Source of the DNA: Geosiphon pyriformis uo1
Taxonomy: Eukaryota > Fungi > Glomeromycota
DNA length: 64,000 nt
Assembly: GCA_016748015.1 (NCBI GenBank)
Contig: JAAOMT010000135.1
Location: forward strand, 62,001 to 126,000
Direction: 5' to 3'
Positions 22,753-34,618 of this stretch are shown piece by piece. Each line of letters opens with the position of its first letter. The first letter of the stretch is position 1. A model generated the notes under the pieces. That model was not told the DNA's origin. It searched no databases and saw only the letters and a program-made list of their open reading frames with translations. Both the position numbers and the translations under genes were made by a program.

Positions 22753-24066
22753 ATGGACTTGGACAACTACTCTGCCTTAATGGAATTTTTGGGTAAAAGA
22801 CAATACCCGCTGAACTATACTTGACAGCAAAAAGAACATTTATGTAAACAATCAAATTTCTATTTGATTCACCAGAACCAGTTATATAAAAGAAATAAAA
22901 AAGATCCTGACTGCCCTCAGAGAGTCATTAAATTTGAAGAAAGAGAAATCATGATCTATAATATGCACACTAATCCATTAGCTGGACACTTTGGAAAAAC
23001 AAAAATGATTCAGAAAACTTTAGTTCGCTATTATTGGCCTACCTTGGGAAAAGACATTGCTGAATACATCAAAACCTGTGATACCTGCCAAAAAAGAGGA
23101 AAACCCAATCGCAAGGAAGATATCCATCCAATCTCTGTTGGCCAACCATTTGACAGAATTGGTATAGATGTTGTTGGACCTTTAACAGTAACTCCTAATG
23201 GCAACAAATACATTATCACAGTTACCAACTATCTTACAAAGTGAGTAGAAGCAAGAGCCACTCCAGATCAAACAGCAGTCTCAATTGCCAATTTCATTTA
23301 TGAAGATATTATCTGTCACCATGGCTGCTCCAAAGAACTTTTATCTGACAGAGGAGGAGCTTTTCTCAGTACACTGGTTGAAGAACTTTGTAGAAAAATG
23401 GGAATACATCATAAACTCTCTTCCCCTTATCACCTCCAAACAAATGGCCTAGTGGAACGTTTCAATAGAACACTATGTGAAACCCTAGCCAAAACCAGTG
23501 AAGAAACCAACCTATGGGACAAAGTATTGCCTTCAGCTTTGTTCGCCTACAGAACTGTGAATCATGACATAACAAGTTATGAACCCTTTTATCTGCTCTA
23601 TGGACAAATGGCAACTCTACCAATAGAAACAGATATAGAAACAATATCTTTTGAAGAAATAACAATAGGAGATTACAAGGACATTTTGCAAAGAAGACTT
23701 GGTACCATTCTTGACTTATTGGTAAAAGCACGGATAATTGCCTTTGAAAAGATAAAACAGTTCCAAAAGAAGCTCAAAAAGAAAAAGACCTATAAAACAC
23801 TTTCCTTAAGTGTTGGTGATTTAGTTTTGGAATACTGTTCAGACAGAAACAATGTCTATGGTGATAAATTCACCAGCCGCTAGAAAGGACCTTTTATAGT
23901 CAACAAAGTTTTGAACAATGGTTCATATATCCTACAAGATCAATATGAAACAATATTCAGTGATCATCCTGTTCATGGCATGCGACTCAAGAAATATCAC
24001 AAACGACTTGATTGGTTACCTGTTGTGGTAATACCAACCCAAATGATCAGCAAAAATCAGATATAA
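22753..24066 (+). pseudogene. A4 integrase in its own ORF (HHCC, DDE core, GPF module, no chromodomain)
   Basis: ATG 22753 MDLDNYSAL; HTNPLAGH..CDTC; GIDVVGP, LSDRG, GLVERFN; KGPFIV. A few internal stops; terminal TAA 24064-24066. Confidence 0.9.
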
Positions 24067-24107
24067 ATAAATGCACCATTCCCAAAACAGAGGTATCTTC
24101 AATCGAC

Positions 24108-24764
24108 ATGAACAATTATTTCCTGGATCAAAACATTCAAAATGCTTTCTATACTTTTCATGAGTACTGGATCAAGAACTATCCAAATGCTACTCTGACT
24201 ATTGGAAAACAAACCACCATAACAGACAACAGTGGAACTTACACTGTTATCAGACCAAAGAAAACAACTACCAGAAGAGAAAGAATTGGTGGCAAAATGG
24301 ATAAATATCTGCTGGAAAGCATAACAGCAGTAATACTTTTACCTTTCAGCACAATTGGAAAAACAATACAAGAAATCTTGCCCATAGACAAAAACTTGTC
24401 ATATGGAAGACAACTAGAATTCTATGGTTGTCTTGGTGAAATTATAAAAGACATGAAGCTCATGAAGAAAACAACTTCAGAGATACAAGAGAAAATTTTG
24501 GGCATTATACGATTGGATGTCCCAAGAGTTTTGACCATTGCTAGAAGAGCCAGAACTCTTATACAAAGATTTGGTCTCTTGGATACAAAACTTATTTCAC
24601 CTCAAGTATTATATACTCTATCCACAAAAAACTTCAACAAACTAGTTAGTTTTGAGTTAGACAAAACCCTTCACATAGACTATTCCATAAATAGCTTGAT
24701 TTTGCCAGAGCTCAATCTCTTTGGAGAGAATGATGTTATGGTTGAAACTCATAGTTTTTATTAG
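24108..24764 (+). CDS. A4 accessory ORF of unknown function (218 aa from the first ATG), open frame, ends inside the 3' LTR
   Basis: Homologues sit at the same position in A1, A2, A3, A5 and A6. No signal peptide or TM helix is evident. Confidence 0.8.
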   Translation: MNNYFLDQNIQNAFYTFHEYWIKNYPNATLTIGKQTTITDNSGTYTVIRPKKTTTRRERIGGKMDKYLLESITAVILLPFSTIGKTIQEILPIDKNLSYGRQLEFYGCLGEIIKDMKLMKKTTSEIQEKILGIIRLDVPRVLTIARRARTLIQRFGLLDTKLISPQVLYTLSTKNFNKLVSFELDKTLHIDYSINSLILPELNLFGENDVMVETHSFY

Positions 24765-25495
24765 TTATCACATATATTAGCCACTGATGTCATATAATTA
24801 GCCACCCTATTTTTAGATAGTGATCGTTGACCTGATCAATAACCTAACCGTTGACCTGATCAATGACCTGACCGTTGACCTGATCATTGATCTGATCATT
24901 GATCTGATCAATAATCTGATTGTTGACCTGATTGTTGACCTGATCATTGACCTGATCATTGACTTGGTCATTGATCACTTTAGATAACTATATAAGTGAT
25001 AATTTCCTTAGCTGTAGAAAAACATGATCAAAGTAACGAAATAAACAATATCAATTACTTCTTCTCATAATCGCTTATTCCCCTTTCCTTATCTTCAAGT
25101 ATCTACTTGTTGGCATTTACATACCTTATTTTTTCCCCTTCTTGATTTGTATTTGTTAGAATTAGCCTGAGAAGCAATTGGCTTGCTCTTGTAATTCATT
25201 GAATAAAAAAACGATTGAAAAGCACAACAATACCTGTTATTGATTCTAAGAATCGCCGAGTTGAGGCATAGAATAATAGCAGCAGTGTTATCTTGTTGAC
25301 AATCACGGACTATTCCTCTACCTTCAGATTTAAAAAAAGATTAGTGACTGTGATTTTTATGAGACTGATCATGCACATTAAATTCCTACTTATTCAATTC
25401 ACTCCCTTATTGTAATTCCCTCTTTGTTTATTTCCATCACCATACAATACTGTTTTCCTTTGCTATCCGTTAGCTTGTTACTCCAACCTGTAACA
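24734..25495 (+). repeat. 3' LTR of A4 (762 bp; twelve 12-bp units)
   Basis: Follows PPT GGAGAGAATGA. Confidence 0.95.
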
Positions 25496-26977
25496 ATATA
25501 ATGCCCAAAATTTCTGTCTGTATCTTTGAAGTTGTTTTCTTTATGAGTTTTATATCCTTTATGATTTCATCAAGACAACCATAGAGTTTTAATTGTCTTC
25601 CATATAACAAGTTTTTGTCTATGGATAAGATTTCTTGAAGTGTTTTTCTTATTGTGCTGAAAGATGAGAGTATAGCTGCTGTTATACTTTCTAACAGATA
25701 TTTATTTATTTTGCTACCAATTTTTTCTCTTTTGGTAGTAGTTTTCTTTGGTCTAATAACAATATATATTCTATTGTTATCAGTTATGGTGGTTTGTTTT
25801 TTAATGGTCAGAGTAGCATTTGGATAGTTTTTGATTTAATACTCATAGAGAATATAGAAAGTGTTTTGAATGTTTTGATTCAAAAAATAATTGTTCATAT
25901 TAATTGAAGATACTTCTGTTTTGGAAATGGTGCATTTATTTATACTTGATTTTTGTTGATTAATTGAGTAAGCATTACCACAACAGACAACCAATCAGGT
26001 CATTTATAATATTTCTTAAGTTGTGTATCATGAACAGAATGATCATTAAAGATTGTTTCAGATTGATCTTGAAAAATATAAAAACTATTATTTAAAACTT
26101 TGTTGACTATAAAGAGTTCTTTTTATTGGCTAAAGAATTTATCACCATAAACATTGTCTCTATTTAAACAGTATTCTAGTACCAAGTCACCAATACTTAA
26201 AGAAAGTGTTTTATAAGTTTTCTTTTTCTTAAGCTTTTCTTGAAACTGTTTTATTTTTTCAAAAGCAATTATTTGTGCTTCTACCAAGAAGTCAAGAATG
26301 ATACTATTACGAGTTAGAGTAACAAGCTAACAAATAGCAAAAGAGAACAGGATTATAGGGTAATGGAAGGAATTAAAGAGAATTCAACTTCAAAGAGTGA
26401 ATTGAATAAGTATGGATTCAATGTGTGAGATCAGTCTTATAAAATATCTCAGTTACTATACTTTTCAAAGAATAACCAAGAATCTGAAGGTAGAGAGATA
26501 GTCCATACTGTCAACAAATAATTACACCTGGTATAATTCTATGCTTCATGTCAGTACTCTTAGAATTCAATATTAGGTATCAGATGTACTTTTCAGTTAC
26601 ATTTTATTCAATAATCTTCAAATGCTGCAATTACATGTTTCAGGAAAAGGATAAGGAATAACCAACAAGTAATCTTTTATCTTTAAAATGTTCAGATACT
26701 TGAAAATAGGGAAAGGAAAATTAGTGATAAGAGAGAGATTGAGATAAAAGTTGTTATTTTAATTATTTTTATTTCCTTGATTTCTATATGCTTTTCTACA
26801 GCTAAGAGATTTATTACTTATATAGCTGTCAAAAATGGTCAATGATCAGGTTAACAACTAGGTTAATGATTAGATCAATAATCAGATCAATGATTAGGTC
26901 AACAGTCAGATTATTGATCACTTTTTAAAAATAGAGTGGCTAATTTATGTGACATCAGTGGCTAATACATATGATAA

Positions 26978-29900
26978 TTAATAAGAAGTATAAGTTTCAA
27001 CCATAATATCATCCTCTCCAAAAAGATTAAGCTCTAGTGAAATCAAGCTATTTATGATGTAATCTATTTAAAGAGTTTTATCTAACTCAAAACTAACTAG
27101 TTTGTTGAATTCTTTTGTGGATAAGGTATATAATACTTGAGACAAAATAAGTTGAGACATCTAACAGTATAATGCCCAAAATTTCTGCCTGTATTTCTAA
27201 AGTTGTTTTCTTTATGAGTTTCATATCTTCTATAATTTCACCAAGATGACCATAGAGTTCTAATTGCCTTCCATATGACAAGTTTTTGTCTATGAGTAAG
27301 ATTTTTTGAAGTGTTTTTCCAATTGTGTTGGAAAGTGGGAGTATACTTTCCAACAGATATTTATCCATTTTACTACCAATTTTTTCTCTTCTGGTAGTAG
27401 TTTTCTTTAGTCTAATAACAGTATGTGTTTCACTGTTATTAGTTATGGTAGTTTGTTTTCCAATGGTTAGAGTAGCATTTGGATAGTTTTTGATCCAATA
27501 CTCATGAAGAGTATAGAAGGTATTTTGAATTTTTTGATCCAGAAAATAATTGTTCATGTCAATTGAAGATACCTCTGTTTTGGAAATAGTGCATTTATTT
27601 ATACTTGATTTTTGCTAATTATTTGAGTCGGTATTACTACAACAGGCAGCCAATCAGATCGTTTATAATATTTCTTAAGTCATGTACTATAAACAAGATG
27701 ATTATTGAAGATTGTTCTAGATTGATTTTGAAAAATATAAGAACCATTGTTCAAAACTTTGTTGATTATAAAGGGTCCTTTTTACTGGCTAAAGAATTTA
27801 TTATCATAAACATTGTCTCTATCTGAACAGTATTCTAATACTAAGTCACCAATACTTAAAGAAAGTGTTTTATAGGTTTTCTTTCTTTTAAGCTTTTCTT
27901 GAAACTGTTTTATCTTTTCAAAAGCAATTATTTATGCTTCTACCAAGGAGTTAAGAATGGTACCAAGTTTTTTTTGTAAAATGTTTTTGTAATTTTCTAT
28001 TGTGATTTCTTCAAAGGATATTGTTTCAATGTCAATTTCTATTGGTAGTATTGCCATGCATTCATAGAGCAGATAAAAAGGTTCATAACTTGTTATGTCA
28101 TGATTTACAGTTCTATAAGCAAACAAAGCTGAAAGCAGTACTTTGTCTTATAAGTTTGTTTCTTCACTGGTTTTGGCTAGGGTTTTACATAATGTTCTAT
28201 TGAAACATTCTACTAGGCCATTTGTTTGAAGGTGATAAGAGGAGAAAAGTTTATAATGTATTCTTATTTTTCTACAAACCTCTTTAACCATTGTACTGAG
28301 AAAAGCTTTTTCTCTATCAAATAAAAGTTCTTTGGGGCAGCCATAATAGCAGATGATATCTTCATAAATAAAATTGGCTATTGAGACTGCTGTTTGGTTT
28401 GAGGTGGCTCTTGCTTCTACCCACTTTGTAAGATAGTCAGTAGTTGTAATAATGTATCTGTTGCCATCAGAAGTTATTGTTAAAGGTCTAACAACATCTA
28501 TATTAATTCTGTTAAATAGTTGACCAACAGAAATTGGATGGATATCTTCTTTGCGATTGGGTTTGTCTCTTCTTTGGCAGATGTCACAGGTTTTGATGTA
28601 TTTAACAATATTCTTTTCCAAGATAGGCCAATAATAATGAACTAAAGTTTTCTGAATTGTTTTTGTTTTTTCAAAGTGTTCAGCTAATAGGTCAGTATGC
28701 ATATTGTATATTACAATTTCTCTTTCTTCAAATCTGATAACTTTTTGGGAGTGGTCAAGATCTTTTCTGTTTCTTTTATATAATTGGTTCTGGTAAATCA
28801 AATAGAAATTTGATTGTTTGCACAAATGTTCTCTTTGCTGTCAAGTGTATTCTGGTGGGTATTGTCCTTTATCCAAAAATTCTATTAAGGCAGAGTAGTT
28901 GTCCAAGTCTATTATTGTGTTTGTTTATAAAAGAGTTACTAATAATTAAGTTGGTTTGGTTTGAGAGGTAGTACTGTTACTGGATAATAAGTCTAGATAG
29001 AGCATCAGTGTTGAATATCATAGTTAAATTCATCCAAGTGGAGTATTCAGCGAGTTATTTGTTTGTGTTCCAGCTTCTTTTTCTTGTGCAGTCAAACCAA
29101 GGCTTGATGATCTGTTATCACTAAGAATTTTGTACCAAAAAAACATTGATCCCAATAGTTGGTAGCCTAAACTACTGCTAAACATTCTTGTTCAGTAATT
29201 GAATAATTCTTTTCTGCTGGTGTGAAGGATCTATTGACATATGCTATAATATGTTCTCTGCCATTTTCATTTTTCTGTGAAAAGACAGCACCAAGTCTAT
29301 AGCTAGATGTATTAGTATGGAGAATAAAAGGTTGGTCCAGATCAGATTGTTTGAGAATTGGTTCAGTAACAAGTTTTTTTTTCAGAATTTCAAAAGCTTT
29401 TTGTTGATAAGTGCCCCAGTAATAATTGACATTTTTCTTGAATAGCTGATTGAAAGGAAAGGCAATTTTGGAAAAATTCTTGATAAATTTGCAATAGTAA
29501 GAGGCCAAACCAAGGAAAGAGCATAGTTCAGGAATATTCATTGGTTGTCTAATGTTTTGAACTTTTTCAACTTTAGCTGGATCAGAAAAAATTTCATCTT
29601 TTGTGACAAGATGACCAAGAAACTGAATGGATTGGTGTCCAAAGAAAAATTTGATTGAGTTTATCTTGAGGCCAGCATTTCTGAACAGGTCAAAAACCTT
29701 TTGTAAATGTTTAAAATGTTCATCCCAGATTTTTGAATAGACTATTATGTCATCTAAGTAGACCAGAACAAAGTTTTCTTTTACTGATTCAAATACTTTG
29801 TCCATCAGGCGTTGAAAGATAGAAGGAGCATTGGTGAGACCAAAAGACATAACTGTGAATTCATAGGTGCCATACTTGGTGATAAAAGCAGTTTTCTTTC

Positions 29901-32900
29901 TGCTTTCTGAATCTATCTTTACTTGCCAGAATTCAGCAGTTAAGTCAATATTTGAGAAAAAAGCAGTACCATTGAATTTATCTAGCATTGCATTAATTTT
30001 GGAGAGTGGATACATGTCTCTTATAGTGATGGTATTTAATTGACAATAGTCAACACAGAAGTGTAGGGTTGCATTTTTTTTGAATACTACTACAACTGGG
30101 AAAGCCCATTCACTCTTGGTTTCTTGTATGAATCCAAGATCTTTTATCCAGTTTATCTCTTTTTTGATAAACTTATCATTACATCAATTGGATTAATAAA
30201 ATTTCAAATGGATGGGGTGAGTTTTTTTGGTGGTGATGGTGTGTTGTATCACATGGGTTTGTCTGGAGGTATCATCTTCTTTTGAGATAACTGGGCTATT
30301 TCTAGCCAACAGATTTTCAATGTCCACTTTTTTTTCTTCAGAGGAAGGTTCTCTTTGTTCTATAACTAATGATTAGATTTCAGGTGATTTATTCTTAAAG
30401 GACTTTTGTACCTCTTTAAGTTTTTCTCAAGGTATTAAGCTAATTGGTTCCCAATCTTTGTAATAGATTAGGCAGGATTTGCATTCATTATATGGTGAAT
30501 ACAAAAGTTTATTACACCAGTACTATGCATAAAAGCCATACTACCAATAACTGTATTTTGCTTTTATGCCAGGTTTTCTGTCAAAGGTTCTTCTGAGGAT
30601 GTCATAGTAGGGCCAGCAGATCAGCTTGTTATTTACCATGATTTTTTCTTTATTAGCTTTAACATTGTTCAGTGGCTTGCCATTGTTGGTGAAGATGGTA
30701 TAAGTGAGTTTAGCAGTTTCTTCTGGTTCTTCTTAATCTTCTTTATCATTGTTCTCATCATTATCTGATTTATCTGATTGTTTTTCTTCTTGGTTTTGCT
30801 TGGGTACTGGAGGAGTTGTTCAATGTTGGCATTTAATCACAATGGGTTTTTTACTACATCTGATGGTTAGCTTGCAAAGTTCATAGTCAAGTAGTGCTTT
30901 GGCTTTCTTAAGCCATTCATTACCAACAATGATAGTATACTCTTTTGCTTCAGATACTTTTATATCAGTTTCAATGCTGATACCATTGATGTAAACAGGA
31001 ATAACTTTGGCTATGTCCAGACCTTTCTTCTTGTCACTATGTATGTTGGTCATTGGTCTTGTGCAAGGCTTATCAATCTTTCTGCCAATTGCTTCAAGAA
31101 AATGTTTGGCAATTACACTAACAGATGATCTACTATCTAAGATCAGATTAATAAAGTAACCAGCCACTTGGGCTTTACAAATCAGAAAAGTAACATTGTT
31201 GTTATTAGCAAGTCCAGCTTGGTAAGGACGTTTGTTGGTCTTTGGTGTCTTCTTCTTTGGTATCAATGATTTGTGAAAATTTTTTCTGAACTGTAGATGG
31301 GTTATCAGTTGGCCAAATATAATGTGTGCTGGGGTTTCTATGAGATTTTTAACAACAGAATAGGGTCTAGATTTTTGTACAATTTCTGGGAGTTCCAACT
31401 TTGGAGGATTTTTAAAAACCTTAGTCTTTGGTGGCTTATTGTTATCAGCAGATGATTTGAATGCTTTGTTTGGGTCCAAAACAAAATCAATCTTGGCTTT
31501 CTTCTTCTTTTTGGTTGATTCAGAGGTGTTGATTGCTAGTTCATTCATATCATGATTATTATCAGTTAGGTTAAAAGCATAAAAGAAGTTTTTTTCTGGT
31601 TGGCTTGCACTCTCACCCTTTAGAGGTGTGCCTACAAGTTTAAAGGCTGGTAAACAGTAGCTTCAACTAAGGGATCTTCTCCAAAAAAATTGATGTTGGC
31701 ATGATTGGGTTTTTGATTGGAAACATTATTATTGTTGGGTCTGTTATTTTGGGTGTCATTATTTCTGGGAGCTGGAGGAGGCAATAAAGGATTGTTACAG
31801 TCTCTGGAAAAGTGTTCAGTTAGTCCACAGCAATAGCACACAGGTGGGCCACGATTTTGTTGTCTTTGATATGGTGATTGCTGGGACTAATTGAAGTGGG
31901 GTTGAAATCTGGGTCTTTGGAGTTGCTGGTTGTCTCTAACTGTTTGGGCTAATAGTTCTAATAGCCGGACAAGATTAGCTGTAAGTCTATCTATTAATTG
32001 TTTATTTGGGTTTTGAGTTTGGGCAGCAAAAGAGGTAGCAGCCATTTGGGGAGCAGGAGCCATAACAGAAGCAGAAGCAAAAACTAAAAGAGTGAATTCT
32101 AGGTGCATCCTTTGATTGTCTTCTATTCTTTGAGCAAATTCAATGGCCATATCTATTGTGAGATTATCTTTTAAGGCCAGGAGAGGCCAAAGAGCATATG
32201 ATAGATCAGTTCTCAATTCTTTTAGAAAGGACTGTATTTTCTACTCTTCTGTCTAATTTCTTCCAGAATTTACCCATTAAATGAGTTTTCTTATTGCTTT
32301 GGTATATTCTGTCACAACCCCACCAGGGTCTTGAGTTTTTCTTTCTAATTCTATACGCCATTTTGAGATTAAGATGGGAGTTCTAAATTATGTTTCAAAC
32401 TGGGTAGTAAAAGAGGTGTTGTCTTCTCCAGCATTTGCTGGTGCCCATCTAATGATTCTTTGCTGAGCATTGGCATTGGTTTCTTGTGAGAACCAAGTAG
32501 CAGAAAAGCCTTGAAGGTAGCCACCAACAATTTGGAACTTGTATTTATTATCATATTGGTTTGCTGTGGCAGCTCTTTCAAAATTATCCAGCCATTTGAT
32601 TGGATCTTGTGTATTACCTCTGAATAATGGTAATAAGGTGTTGTTTCTTTATCTTAAAGCAGTCTGTATATCTCAGAGAGCAATCAGAATGTTTTGTTGT
32701 AGAGGGTCTTGAGCCATTGGTTCAGGTGTAACTGTTTGTGTGGAGTGTTCTAATTCACTTGAAAAAAAATCAAAAACAGGAACAGTTTGATAGCTTTCTT
32801 TTTCTGTTTCAAGAGAAGTTTCTGTTGATTGATGGACAGCAATCCAAATGTGGATTTGATAATTCAAATATTCAAAATCAGGAGGCTGTTGTTCAAAGAT

Positions 32901-33185
32901 TACAGAATATAAGAGCTGATTGATACTGTTGTTTTTTTCTTCAAAGTTGTTTTCAAAATAAGTTTGGTCAAAGTAATAAGTTGTATAAGCTGTATAGGTT
33001 TCAGCTGAATGCTTGTTCAGGAACCAGTTCCAAAAGTCTTGAAATTGTCTGTTGGATTGTTTTTTAATGAGAAAGCAAATCAAGCAGGAGGACAAAAGAT
33101 TGAGTTCAATAAAGTCTAGATTGTTTTTATTGTATGCTTTAAAGTATTCTTCTGATTGTTGTGGCAGGTATGAATAATTATTCAT
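26978..33185 (-). pseudogene. A5 gag (31632-33185), pol (28977-31644), integrase (about 27599-28912), accessory ORF (26978-27557)
   Basis: ORF-track peptides are homologous to A2/A4 (YLDD in 29167-30015; CDIC in 28148-28825). Confidence 0.9.
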
Positions 33186-33412
33186 ACAATAAGAAACAAA
33201 GTGAATTTTAATAACTTTATAGGGAGCACCACTTTTATGTTATAAGTTGAAATAACAAGCTAACAAATAGTAAAGGAGAACAAGATTGTAAGATAATAGA
33301 AAGAATCAAAGGGAATTCAACTTCAAAGAGTGAATTGAATAAGTATGGTTTTAATGTGTGAGATCAGTCTCATAAAATATTTCAGTCACTATACTTTTCA
33401 AAAAATAACCAG

Positions 33413-34573
33413 TGTTACCAGTAGAATTTTAGCTATTAATTAGCATAAAATTACCCTTATAATTCCTATAATTCATTAGTATATTAATATTATTTCAAAT
33501 TATTATTTATTATTTAATCAATTATCACATATCACAATTCAATTAAAATAATCTAATTAGTATAACAGAAAGTAGGATGATCAAATTACACAATACTCTG
33601 AACTTTGTAACATTCAAAAATTTGCCGAAATTTACAGAAATTCGCCAAAATTTATAACTATTTAATCAATTATCACATATCACAATTCAATTAAAATAAT
33701 CTAATTAGTATAACAGAAAGTAGGATGATCAAATTACACAATACTCTGAACTTTGTAACATTCAAAAATTTGCCGAAATTTACAGAAATTCGCCAAAATT
33801 TATAAGAAATTTGCCAAAATTTACAGAAATTTGCCAAAATTATGAATAGTTCACCCAAATTAATCAATAGTTCAGCAAAATAACTTGTAGTTCATCAAAA
33901 TGTATCTTTAGTTCGCTGAAATTTGAGCAAAAAGAAAAAGTGCAAGTTCATAGACTAATACTACAACAAGTTGTATAAAAGAAGAGCTTTTCTCTTCTGG
34001 AAAATGTATCTTACTTTAAATTTATTACTTAGAACCATTCCTATACACACAAAAAGAAATAAATATCAAATAATTTGAAAAACCAAGTTCTTTAATTATT
34101 GTACTTAAAAAATCCCCAAAACCCAACTAACATTTCGAAATTGATTAGCTACCAATTTCAGTAAACTGTTAGTGACTCCAGGCCTAGATAGAAAACATTT
34201 CCCTTGACAGAATTCTATTTCTTTTACATTTCTTTTATTTTTCTTTTATTTTTTTATTACAATCATTAGGGTAGCCTACAGATGAGATTTTTGTAGAAGA
34301 GTTGACTTTTACAGCAAAGTAACTACACATTTTTAGTAAGCTTCCAGACAAGCAATTCCTGGGAAAGAGTTGATGTTTACTACAATGTAACTACATAAAG
34401 TAACTGGCAAAGGAATTGGCCATTCCACTTATAAGCCCAGCAGTTCAAATTATAGAAGATAATTTGAAGATAAATTCAGTTATTGGAGGTTCAACTACTT
34501 CCTGTAAACATGAATTCACAGCAAATCAACATTACCAACATTTAAAAAAAGAGACCAAAAACCTCTGGTAACA
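33413..34573 (+). repeat. 5' LTR of B (1161 bp, with a 148-bp internal tandem duplication)
   Basis: 33511-33657 is repeated at 33659-33805; otherwise matches 42156-43168. Confidence 0.95.
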
Positions 34574-34618
34574 TTTGGTGCTCTCCCATGGAAATAACAC
34601 AGCAACAACAAATTCAAA

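Larger units (their letters stand above)
17836..25495 (+). mobile_element. Ty3/Gypsy family A, copy A4, inserted in the A3 accessory ORF
   Basis: LTRs 17836-18513 and 24734-25495, all termini TG..CA. TSD ATAT at 17832-17835 and 25496-25499. Confidence 0.95.

Noticed and set aside
24012-24764. Accessory ORF as env or chromodomain
   Set aside because: No signal peptide, TM anchor or chromodomain aromatic-cage pattern is visible, and it is short for env.
8249-25495. Large inverted or segmental duplication explaining the repeated units
   Set aside because: Each unit has its own LTR pair and TSD, so they are independent insertions.
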